A stretch of 21,210 nt of DNA from Seison nebaliae. Lineage: Eukaryota. A program made the translations under genes and the position numbers. Below, piece by piece: positions 1-11,447 of the stretch; position 1 is the first letter of the stretch, and every line of letters starts with the position of its first letter. Where the stretch lies: the NCBI GenBank assembly GCA_023231475.1, contig JALJEE010002473.1, forward strand, positions 62,001-83,210, given 5' to 3'. The notes under the pieces are model-generated. The model was not told the DNA's origin. It did no database searches and was given only the letters and a program-made list of their open reading frames with translations.

Positions 1-789
<789 letters not shown>

Positions 790-812
790 TCAATAGATTT
801 TTCGGGAAACTT

Positions 813-826
813 GTTCTCTTGGAAAC
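813..826. promoter_or_regulatory. Degenerate RFX X-box-like site upstream of RUVBL2
   Basis: GTTCTCTTGGAAAC, about 57 nt upstream of the RUVBL2 ATG; one good half-site (GGAAAC) and one imperfect half-site. Confidence 0.25.
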
Positions 827-1221
827 GTTAATTAAAATGAAGCTTTCTTTTACAATTTAATTTTATAAACATTTCTATTATCATTTCTATTTCATTGTCT
901 ACTTATAAAAAAACTTAGAATGAGCCATCGACAACCTGATCTTCTTCTTCCTTTTTTTATGGAAAAACATTCATGTGATAACTTCATATTGTTTATTAAA
1001 AATTTTACGATGAATTTCTTCGATTATTTTGTCTAAACCATATGTCATTGGAGAATAAACAAACATCATTGTTATGGAATCGAAGTTCCTTCTCTAATTG
1101 ATGATGATATGATCTCATGTTTCTACAAATTATTTCAATATAAAACCAGATGATGTATCACTTCGAGAATATGTTTATGAAATTTGCCAGACAAAATATT
1201 ATCAGAAAAATTTAACGAAAA

Positions 1222-2283
1222 ATGTTCATAATTCTTCTTCTTTCTTTCTTATCAATCATAAATGCATATTCTGCGCCAGATCGCAGTTGTGAATTCGTCG
1301 TAAAAAATCCCCAAATATTATCTGAATGCATTAATTTTGATGTAACTATTCTCTTTACCGCATTTTCTGGAAATCTCGGACTGGTATGTGATCAGTTGAC
1401 TAGACAACTTTCCTGTATTAAAGAAAGATATCGAAATTGTCTAATCGGTTATGGAGTTTACACTTTTTATTATTTTTCTTTTCTTACTTTTCTTCTTCAA
1501 CAACTTCCAGACAATTAATGGAATTATTCAAGATATTCGATTTATGTTCGATAATTGTTGCGATATTCGACATTTGGAACGATGTCCATTAAGTTCATTA
1601 TTTTCATTAAATTCTCTAAGTATTCAAAATATTTAAGATAGAAAATTTAAAGCTTGTTTTCCTGGTAGATCGATTGTTGAAACTGATCGTGGTAATATTC
1701 AGATAAATAAATTAAAAATTGGCAATAAGATAAAAGTTATTGATAGACATGGTCAAATAATGTTTACACCAATAATTGGATGGTTACATCGCAATCAAAA
1801 TTCAATGGGTTAAATTTCTTCAATAAAAATTTTTTTAATTTTTTACTTAAAATTCATTTAACAGGATTTTTTCAAGAAATAGAAGCAATTCGGATGACGA
1901 ATGAGACAATTAACTTTCGTATTTCACCGAAACATCTAATTGCTTTCTGGAATAAGAAATCGAGAAGAATAAAAATCAAACCAGCAAAAAATTTGTGTCT
2001 AGATGACGAATTGATATTAGCCAAAGATACGGAAGAACGGGTAAGAATTGGGAAAATAACACAGTCTATGGATCACGGACTATTTGCTCCATTAACTGAT
2101 GCTGGTTTAATGAATATAAACGGTGTTATTGTCTCATGTTATTCTGATGTGAAGAGTCATAATTTGGCTCATAAAATTCTGGCGCCGTTAAGACATAGCA
2201 AATTGCTTGCAAATAAATTGAATAAGAAAGGTATAAATTCTTTTGCTTATTTCCTAGACAAAGTGTTCAATTCATTAAACTAA
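1222..2283 (+). CDS. Secreted Hedgehog-related protein: signal peptide + unrecognised 8-Cys N-terminal domain + Hog (Hint + sterol-recognition region) domain, about 301 aa
   Basis: Exons 1222-1455, 1511-1592, 1638-1808, 1865-2283 (introns 55, 45, 56 nt; 906 nt in frame). Hydrophobic N-terminus MFIILLLSFLSIINAYS. The Hint domain starts at A|CFPGRSIVETDRG..KLKIGNKIKV (exon 3, absent from the ORF track), followed by block B ISPKHLI, GLFAPLTDAG, NGVIVSCYS and SRR-like SHNLAHKILAPLR..GINSFAYFL. The intron-2 donor could alternatively be at 1584. Confidence 0.88.
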
Positions 2284-2483
2284 ATCCATATATTCCATTT
2301 TTCATTTATCAATTTTTTTACCAAATTATAAAAATAATTTAAAGCATTTTTTGTGAAACAATAAAAAAAAAGAAAATTAATCTTTCTTCAATTATCTTCT
2401 CTTGTAAATAATTGTGAAGTGGATAGTAAAAAATTATTATTAATGGAATATTATGAGATTATGAAATTTATCTTCAAATGGTT

Positions 2484-3191
2484 TTATTGTAAAGGAATTA
2501 TCAGATCTTTCGATCGGTTACAATCACCTTGATATTCATTAGGAACCGAACGACAATCTCTCGTTCTTTTTTTGTCGGTTAAATCGAAAAATTGATTACC
2601 TTGAGCGTCAATTGAATTGGGTTTTTCAGTTAACTCGTCACAACTATCGCTGATATCACTTGTGTTATCCTTTATTGATAAAGCATAATTTATCCAATCG
2701 AAATCCCAATTTTTTCTCTTTTCTTCAACCTCTCGATTATCTGATATTACTGGAGGTATCTCATCTTCAGGTGCCAATAATTGGGGTGAAGTAGCTTCTT
2801 TTCTCAATCGAAGAAGAAATGATTCAATTTGTGATTTTTCTAAATTATATTCTTTGGCTAGAATTCCAATGACTAAGTTCTCAGCTTTAGAGAGAGGCAT
2901 ATTGAAATGGTTTTGAATTGCTGGTTTCATATTGACACGATAACCATAAAGAAATATTGGATAATTGATTTCATTCAATAGTTTGTTAACTGATTGCTCA
3001 TATTCAAATGTGACGAAGCCATATGCTCTCTTATTCGATGATTTTCTACAAATTAAATTTATTGAAATAATACTTCCAAATTTATTAAATATTTTAAATA
3101 TATCAGCTTCCTTCGTATTTTGCGATAGATTTCCAATAAACAACCGATTTTTTATCAGTCGCTTCGCGTTTGGAGTAAATATTGAATCCAT
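2484..3191 (-). CDS. Single-RRM RNA-binding protein, divergent BOULE/DAZ-like, about 235 aa
   Basis: First in-frame ATG at 3191, just after a TTTTTCAG acceptor-like site (a further upstream exon is possible). RNP2 NRLFIGNL, RNP1 RAYGFVTFE and RRM end RVNMKPAI resemble BOULE NRIFVGGI / KGYGFVTFE / KLNIGPAI. Acidic C-terminal tail. RRM call is firm; BOULE assignment is tentative. Confidence 0.75.
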   Translation of the reverse strand: MDSIFTPNAKRLIKNRLFIGNLSQNTKEADIFKIFNKFGSIISINLICRKSSNKRAYGFVTFEYEQSVNKLLNEINYPIFLYGYRVNMKPAIQNHFNMPLSKAENLVIGILAKEYNLEKSQIESFLLRLRKEATSPQLLAPEDEIPPVISDNREVEEKRKNWDFDWINYALSIKDNTSDISDSCDELTEKPNSIDAQGNQFFDLTDKKRTRDCRSVPNEYQGDCNRSKDLIIPLQ

Positions 3192-4607
3192 TACTGAAAA
3201 ATTATTGAAATTGTTGATTATTTTCAATTTTAAATATTCACTTTTTAAATTCCTACACGTCTTCACCCTCAAATCTTACGTAATACTTCAAATTTAATCA
3301 TTTTTAAAGTGAAGGACAACTCGATAAATATCCAACCCTATGGGACAACAATAGCTCATTGATATTTCATATATAATTAGTTTTACATCAAAGTCTTTTT
3401 GATTTAAACAGTTTCTCATCGTCATTCTGCTCATCAAATTGTGAACATTTTAAATTAAATATTTCTCATTACATTCTCTTATTTTTACGATGAGAATGAA
3501 ATTGGAGAAAAAAAGAAAAAAAGGAATATAAAGTTGTCAATCGCTTATTCAACTTCAATACAAATCGTCGATAATAATGTGGGTAATTTTTACTTACAAG
3601 TTTCAATCATTAGGAAAAGAATCATAAAATAAAGAATTGTTACTAATATGAAATGATGCGTAACCGTATTCTGATTAAATAAGTTAGTTGTAAAGTTTAA
3701 GTTAAAATTTATTAGCAAATTTCCTCATTCTTGCTTCTTTAACTGTCAAAGATGAAGAATGTTGCATTTTATGGAGAACTGTTAAATTAGTTTGGATAAC
3801 TTCCGAGAATTGAAAAAGATATAATTCTAATCGATAATGACATCGTTGATCGTTAATTAATAATATGATTCGTTTAAATTTAGAGAAATTCCTTTACCAT
3901 TGGATGTATATTGGCTAAAAGAATTGGAAATATGGCGATATGTATTCTCTTTAGTTTCATCTAAAACTTTACCTAATACATTGTCATATCTTAAACGATG
4001 AATGTGGGATGTGTATATGATAAGCTACGCTTCGCTAAAATCTTCAACGATAAAAGAAAGGAAATGAATACAATTTCATCAAATGACGTTCATAATGTTT
4101 GAGATCGTCTATTTTCTTCTTTGTAACTTCCTAACGTTACCCAATCTTTACATCTCGATCAATCAAAATTATCTCTGTTTTCTGATTTAACAACTTTTCG
4201 TTTAGTATTGTTCGATGATAACAAATTATTTATTTACCTATTGTGACGTCGTTTTTTTTGAAGTGAATTAATCGGACGAACATTTATTGTGACCATATCT
4301 CTTTTCAGTAAGTTAATGATAATAATTTCAGAGGAGAAATTCAAGTTCTAATGAATGAGGGGCGACAGAATGAATCTGTGACTGGTAAAAGATTAACTGT
4401 AAGTAAGGTTAGAGTGAAAGTTGCTGTAAAGTGAATCGTCTTATATTTCCGTATATTATTTACGGATGCAAATCAACTTCCCGTTGCGTAAAATTAATAT
4501 TTCTAAATTTTTTGTAAAAATATTTCAAAAAATTTTATTGTTTCATATCTATCTTTTCTTCACAGTTTCATTTCTTCATTAACAATCTTATTTAATTAAA
4601 TTTAAAT

Positions 4608-6970
4608 ATGTCAATGAGTAGTCGATCCGATACTAGAAGCGGATCGTCCCATCAGCAGAGCTCCCAATCTCGTCAACCGATTCCATTAGGTTTTGGTGGG
4701 AGTACTGGAACTGCGTCATCTCATGGCAGTTTTAGTAAAGAATCGAGTATTGACTCGTCTAATACATTTGATAGTAGTCAAACTTCGAATACAACATCGA
4801 ATTCATCGTATAGTTCGGGAAGTAAATCAACAAGAACATCTAAGAGTTCTCGCTCATCTCGAGGTTCCAGAAGTTCAAAAAGTAGTTCAAAAAAAAATTT
4901 CTCCCCTCGTGGAGAAACTCCTGACAGTACATCAACGTTGCAATCTCAGAATACATCATCGACAGGTTCAACAGAAACCACAGAAAGCACAATGTCTCCA
5001 ACTCAAAACTTCGCAAGCGTGAGACCTGGTGGACCATCAATGCAAGGAGTATCTAGAGGTCATGCTCGTCCCATTCTTCAAAATAGTTCGACCAATTCAC
5101 AGATGAGTAATCCACAATTTTCTGCTCGTTCTGCATCACAAAGTAGTAATTCTTCTCAACAACAATTTGGCGTTCAGCAAATGAATAATGCACCGAGACC
5201 AATGGGAGTGGTTGGAATGCGACCTCAATATAATTCTGATCTTTCCTCTCAATCTTCTTCTGGGGGGCCTCCTCGAGGAGTAGCACCAGGAGGACAACCT
5301 GGAAGGCCACCAGCCCCTAGAGGTATGGCCCCAGGAGGACCACCTGGACCGCGAGGTATGGTACTTGGAGGACCACCTGGAGGACCACGGGGTATGGCAC
5401 CGGGAGGACCACCGGGAGGGCCAAGAGGTATGGCACCAGTTGGACCACCTAGAGGACCACCTGGAGGACCGCAAGGTGTGGCACCCGGAGGACCTCCTAG
5501 AGGACCACCTAGAGGACCACCTGGAGGACAATGGGGTATGGCACCGGGAGGACCACCTGGAGGACCAAGAGGTATGGTACCAGTTGGACCACCTGGTGGA
5601 CCAAGAGGTATGGCACCCGGAGGACCACCTAGAGGACCACCTGGAGGACCACAGGGTATGGCACCCGGAGGACCTCCTGGAGGACCAAGAGGTATGGCAC
5701 CCGGAGGACCAAGAGGCATGACACCAGGAGGTCCACCTGGGGGACCAAGAGGCATGGCACCAGGAGGTCCACCTAGAGGACCAAGAGGAATGGCACCAGG
5801 AGGCCCACCTCGAGGACCACCTGGAGGACCTAGAGGCATGGCACCAGGAGGTCCACCCGGAGGACCAAGAGGAATGGCACCAGGAGGTCCACCTGGAGGA
5901 CCAAGAGGAATGGCACCAGGAGGACCACGATTTTTAGGTCCGCTATCACCTTCGTCCACAATGACGGATTCTCGCAGTACTTCACCAACGGATTCAACAG
6001 CTTCATCTGGTACTATGTCTCCACCGATTCATAGTATACGACCCAATATGCCTAATCTATCTGCAGGCGGTAGTTCGATTTCTGGGGGATCGGTTGGTTC
6101 AGCAACTGGTCCTCCTTCATTCCGTCCCAATCAACCGCGAATGCAACAACCAAGACCACTCCAACCGTCTCAACCACCAATTAGACCTCCAATGCAACAA
6201 CCCCCAATGAGACCTCCAGTTCAACAACCTCCAATGAGACCTGCAGGGCAACAACCTCCAATGAGACCTCCAGGGCAACAACCTCCAATGAGACCTCCAA
6301 TGCAGCAACCTCCAATGAGACCTCCAATGCAGCAACCACCAATGAGACCTCCAATGCAACAGGCACCACGTCCTCAAATTCCACAGGTTCCAAATATGAC
6401 AGGAAGTGGATTGGGAGGGTTAATTTGTTTCTTATTCTAATTATTGGTCTAATTTAAATATTATTTCACTTACAGATTAGAACAACAAGTTTAATAAATT
6501 TTAGATGTTTAAGATAAATTTGATTTTTCAGATTCTTTCTCAATTACAAACTGAAGAGAAAGTCATTCTTGGCCCTAAACCTCAATTTCAGATGCCTGCT
6601 GGTTTTCAACAAGCTAGACCTGGACAATTACCTGAAGAATGGAAACAATCCGTTCTCCAACAGATCGCCTTATCTAATGGAGGTATTTCTTATTTGTATT
6701 TTAAGATCAATTAGAATATTTCTAGGTATGGGTGCAATCGAAGCCGGAATAGAATTTGGAGAACCGATATTTGGTGCTCCAATATCATCCGAAGACTATT
6801 TTAATATTCCCGATATTAATCTCGGATCATGTATGGGCGGTGGATCTTCCTCTAGTGCGTTCGTGCAACAGATCGCCAGTCAAGAAGGAGGAGTATCTTC
6901 GATCGATACTTCATCTTTCCTTCTTCAAGGATTAAATTTACCTTCTGGATTTTCAATACAAAACTCATAA
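4608..6970 (+). CDS. Uncharacterised low-complexity protein (Ser-rich N-terminus, Pro/Gly/Arg/Met repeats, unique C-terminal tail), about 739 aa
   Basis: Exons 4608-6418, 6476-6488 (13-nt microexon), 6532-6682, 6726-6970 (introns 57, 43, 43 nt; 2220 nt in frame), giving ..GSGLGG|LEQQ|ILSQLQTEEKVILGPKP..LSNGG|MGAIEAGIEFGEPIFG..SIQNS*. No signal peptide. A possible 5'-UTR intron runs from GTAAGT at 4399 to CACAG at 4565. Confidence 0.8.
5262..5930 (+). repeat. Coding tandem repeat, 36-bp unit (GGPPGGPRGMAP) with 48-bp variants carrying an extra RGPP
   Basis: Repeated ggaggaccacctggaggaccaagaggtatggcacc-type units varying mostly at synonymous positions; GC-rich island in an AT-rich background. 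Confidence 0.95.
6172..6362 (+). repeat. Coding tandem repeat, 24-bp unit (QQPPMRPP with M/V/G variants)
   Basis: About seven to eight copies of caacaacctccaatgagacctcca-type units. Confidence 0.92.
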
Positions 6971-7618
6971 ATTCCAAATATCATAAGAAAAATAATATGA
7001 CTTTTTTCTTTTTTTGCAGTTTCATTTTATTACTATTTATCGACTATATCATTTAGTCTAGTTTTTATACAATTGCTTCTATAACTATTTACTTACGGAC
7101 GAAAACTTTTGTTAATGAAAAAATCAAAACTCTTATTCTCCAAAAATAATTTCAATAGAATTCATTTCTTCTTATAGCGAATTTACAATTTACGTTAGTA
7201 TAATTTCATGTGATGAGAACTGCATAATTGGTTTATTTGGAGAAGATGAATTCAATTTGATTCCTCTTCAGAAATAGAATAATCGAAAAAAAATTCGAGA
7301 AGATAATGCACTGTAACGTAACTCGAAAGATGCATAACATTAGTAATAATTGAATAGAATGAATTTCCATAATGAAATTTTTTTTAGAAAAAAATATGAA
7401 AAATTAGGAAAATTGAGTATTTGGATGTGTAATTTCTTTTTAAGAAAAAATAATATATATAAAAAATTCATCGGATAAATTTTCGTTCTTTTACAATTAA
7501 AAAAATGATGGAAGAATGATTGTTAGAAAAAGATGATTTTTATAAAAGAAAAAAATCATTTAATCATTCTCAATTTAGTGTTTAAAGATATGTGTATATA
7601 CATATATCTTAATATATT

Positions 7619-10600
7619 TCAGTATATATATGATATATTTGAATTTCCATGCTCGTCGTTGTTGCACAGGTCTTTATACAATTTAAACAAAAAACATTTT
7701 CTTATTAATGAAACTTTTTGAAGAGAATCATTTAAACTTACGAAAAATCTTTTAACTCGATAAATTGATTGTTGTCATCGTCATTTTCAATAATATTAAT
7801 AATTTCCTTTGCTAATTCGGTGGAAATTTTCAAACTTAAAACAAAAAGGGCTGTAACCAATTGAATAAGAAATGCTTTTGAATTGATCAATCCGATTGGA
7901 ATATGCAGACAATTGTCGATGGATAGTTTGATTTTGGAGGAATCATAAGGACTGACGGTTTTATGAATTTTGAAACTTTTCTTCATATTCACATCAGTTA
8001 AATTGGAAATTGTTAATTGATATGTTCCATCATTCTTCACTTTCCCTTTTTCTTCTTCAATTATATTATTTGAGGAAGTTATTATATTAGAATCATTGTT
8101 TGTTGCCATCGTATAAGTGAGGCGACTTTTCTTCGATTTTGGGGAGTATACAATATTTGGACGAATATCAATCTCTTTCTCTATGGCTTTCAATGAATTC
8201 AACGATCTACTTACATGTACCATATCGGAGAATGTTCTTCTTTCAATCACGTTCTCATTACCAGACATTATTTTATCGATATTAATCAAATCATTGGAAT
8301 TGTGAGGAGATTGGATTTGGGATGAAAATTCTGATAATTTATTAGTTTCATTTAAAATTTTTGATTTGTTCGATTCTTCGAATGTTACTTGTTTTATGGT
8401 ATCCAATCGCTTGTTTAATCGATTGCGGACGAATTTCAATAGTTTTAATATAGCAAATTTATGTACACGTTTGACGAAATAATTTTGAGAGAGGACATCC
8501 TCTAATAACCGATGGAGATCATCAATCTTCAACTGACTTAAATGATATTGTGCATTGAACAATTTCCGAATTCTTTCTTTCAAATGAGAATTCTCTTGCT
8601 GAGAATTATCACAAAAGAGTTTTAAATAATTACAAGAGAATTCATTGGAGAATCGATAATGATCGATTTGCAAATTTTTATGAAAAAGGAAAAATTTATT
8701 AACATGTGACATCATTTGATAGAATTGATTGATGTTATCATTGGTGATTTGCTGAGGATTTTGGGGGAAATCAATTAATTTAAATTTGATAAAATTCTCG
8801 TTATCAATCACTTTCTCATAAAAGTTCCAGGAAAAAGTTTGGTGTCTGTACAAAGAATGAATGAAATGTTTTCGTTTCCATTCACGAAAATGATTTTTGC
8901 GCATTTTCAATAAATAATAAAAAGTATTATGAACGTCCATTTGTTGTCTCTCATGCGAACAATAACATGGAGTATATAAAGATGGTAATCGATTCGCTTC
9001 CTTATCATGACAATAACAAATACAAGCTGTTGGGATTTCATAGAGACTGTGAGATAATTTCTCCTCATTGTATCGAAGTGAATTTGTTGAAAGTAAAGTG
9101 AAATAATCGATTGTCTCATAATAATCGACCGATGACGAATGAAGACAAATTAAGGAAGAATATCGATTTCTTATCCGATTTGTCTGATGTGAAGAAATCG
9201 TTTCATATTTATCATCATCATCACCACAATCTTCGATATCAGATAAAGAGATAAATGGTTTCTTCATTTTCTTCTTCATCATTCTACATAAAGTGGAAGC
9301 CAATATCGATTTCATGTGAAGAGGTAGTAATTTCTTAATATTCTGATTCTTGATTATTTCCATTGTCTGATCACCATCATCATTTTCATGATTATTAGTT
9401 GATGGAATTCTTTTATTCATTGTTATTGTTGTAAAGATGTTATTTCTATTATCATTATTTTCATTGTTCTCAACATATTTAAAATTTTCATTATTATTAT
9501 TGTTGTTGTTGATTTTTTTCTCTATATTATTCAAATGTTCATTTAACTTTTTTGAATCGTTCGAAATAATTGAAACATTATTTTGATGACTCTTTATATT
9601 ATTATTAATGTTGTTTTTGTTGTTGTTATTGTTGTTTGATTTATCAATCTTATTAACTGGTCTAGGAGGTATTATTCGTACCGTCGTAGTCGTATTTTTA
9701 TTTGGCATCTGAATTCTTCTTTCCTCAATTTTCAAATGATTAATTCCTTCTACTTGTCCTTCTTTTGGTTGATGAGATCCAGTTTGTTTGATAGTTGTCT
9801 TCATTTTCGATTTCATCGACTTCGATGACTTGTTCGTTTCCATTATCTGATTCCTAGAATGACCACTGACATTTTTACTCTTCTTCTTTTGGACAAGTTC
9901 TTTTGATATGTTCTTTCGTTTCTGTTTGGAAATTCCATTATTTGTTTCACCTAATTTTTGATTTCGGCTAATTACATGACTGCGATTTTTATTCGGAGGT
10001 CTCTTCGATGATGTCGGTAAAGCATTCTCTGAAGACGACGAAGAAGAAGATGAAGATGTTGATGAAGAAGACGATGATGAAGATGAAGTGGAAGATGTTG
10101 AAGATGACGAGGAAGCCGAGGAAGATGATGAAGAACTGGACAGAGAACGATTTCTTGATATGATATGAAGATTTTTTCCTATTTGATCACATTTGTTTTT
10201 TTTCGTATCTTTTTGAACAATTTTCTTCTCTTTCTTCTCTTCATCAGTTTTGTCGTCTGAAGATCTTTTTTTTCCGGACATTTTATTCTTCGTTACTCTT
10301 CTATTGTCACTTTTTAGAAGTCTACCTTCCACATTCAACGGATTCAAAGAAATTAATTCACTAGATGGAACGATATGTCTCTTCAATCCAAGTAGTTTAT
10401 TTCTTAAAATTTGCATTTTCGATCCATTCACTGTTATCGATTCGTCATCAATCTCTTTTTTTGATGTGATCAATGTTCGAATTTCACTATTCTGTAATGA
10501 AGGACGATTCTCAGGAACGATATGAGTTCCATTCACCGGTCTCGTTACTGCATAATTGTCGGTGATAGCACCATAATCCATAAACATTTTCCGTCCTTCT

Positions 10601-11447
10601 TTACTCAACATCTTTTTCGTAAATAAAATCCTTTCTATTCTGCGGTTCTTTGTAAATGATTGATGGAGTGCGAGATCGCAATCCAAAGATATTTGAAATT
10701 TCTTATTATCTCTGAATAAATGTTCATAAAATACGAGATTGATTTTCACGACGAAACCAGCAAATCCTCTCTCGATTATTCGATATGGCGATTTTGTTAT
10801 TCCTGTAATTGTGAGAGATATTAGTGAACGTAAAATATTATAAAAATTGAGTGTAAAGAATGGAAATATAAAGAAATTTTTTTCAAAAATTAAATGAGGA
10901 AATTAAATAACATTAGAAGAAAAAATTAAATAAGAAGAAAGAAATTGTTTGAAATAAATTAGAGAAATAATTGGAATAAGATTAATTAACTTAATTGGGA
11001 ATAAGGTTAAAAGATAAGACGAGAATTGTTTTTAATGAAATATAGTTTAATTTTAATGAAAGTTTCAAGTGAAGTAAGAAAGATGAAATGAAACTTCTAA
11101 TGTAATTATCATATTCGGGTACGAGAACGAATTCAACACATTTCACCAAATCCTTCAACTGTTTATTCTGTTTATTAACTGTATCAACATAGACCATCCA
11201 AGTATGTGTAGCCATGGACGACGTATATGTTAGTCCGTTGCCATATTTTCTTTCGTGCTTTTCACATAAATGCGTGAACCACAATGGAAGAATACTGTAA
11301 GCAGAATCACCTGTTTTTGGTTTCTCTACCAAAGATATTGCATCAAACCCCACCAATAAGTAAATAGTTATGAACTGAACAAAAAATAGAGGACGAAAAA
11401 TTTTGAGAAATGGAAACCTCATCAGTAGATGTTGTACTTTTGGACAT
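7619..11447 (-). CDS. Divergent AF9/ENL (MLLT3/MLLT1)-family protein: N-terminal YEATS domain, poly-Ser/Lys/Asn linker, C-terminal AHD; about 1150 aa
   Basis: Exons 11447-11418, 11374-11095, 10802-7742, 7700-7619 (introns 43, 292, 41 nt; 3453 nt in frame) join two separately listed ORFs. YEATS: ATHTWMVYV..VKCVEFVLVPEYDNYIR|RITKSPYRIIERGFAGFVVKINLVF vs AF9 [51 protein letters not shown]. Poly-Ser tract at about 10030-10145, as in AF9. C-terminus AFLIQLV..EIINIIE..FIELKDFS|KCFLFKLYKDL aligns with AF9 AHD AYLDELV..QIVNLIE..DFDLCSLDKTTVRKLQSYL. Confidence 0.85.

Noticed and set aside
920..1036. Short 38-codon ATG ORF (MSHRQPDLLL..) between RUVBL2 and the Hog gene
   Set aside because: No recognisable motif or splice link; expected by chance.
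1222..2283. True hedgehog ortholog or a self-splicing intein
   Set aside because: No Hedge domain or CGPG N-terminus; no terminal His-Asn plus nucleophile of an intein, and an SRR-like tail follows SCY.
2965..3297. Antisense or alternative-frame ORFs over real genes (also 7533-7721, 8117-8305, 8907-9119, 10250-10525, 12332-12691, 16407-17690)
   Set aside because: They overlap well-supported genes, have no motifs and mostly use non-ATG starts.
5262..5930. Collagen or CRISPR-like array interpretation of the repeat
   Set aside because: Gly periodicity is 4, not 3, and there is no signal peptide; the units are contiguous coding repeats with no unique spacers and no cas genes.
5249..5959. 236-aa antisense Gly/Pro ORF and other overlapping ORFs (4693-6393)
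   Set aside because: Shadow frames of the GC-rich coding repeat; GGN/CCN codons are mutually complementary and the repeat rarely generates stops.
9430..9640. AAT/AAC trinucleotide runs
   Set aside because: Poly-Asn low-complexity coding sequence, common in AT-rich genomes.
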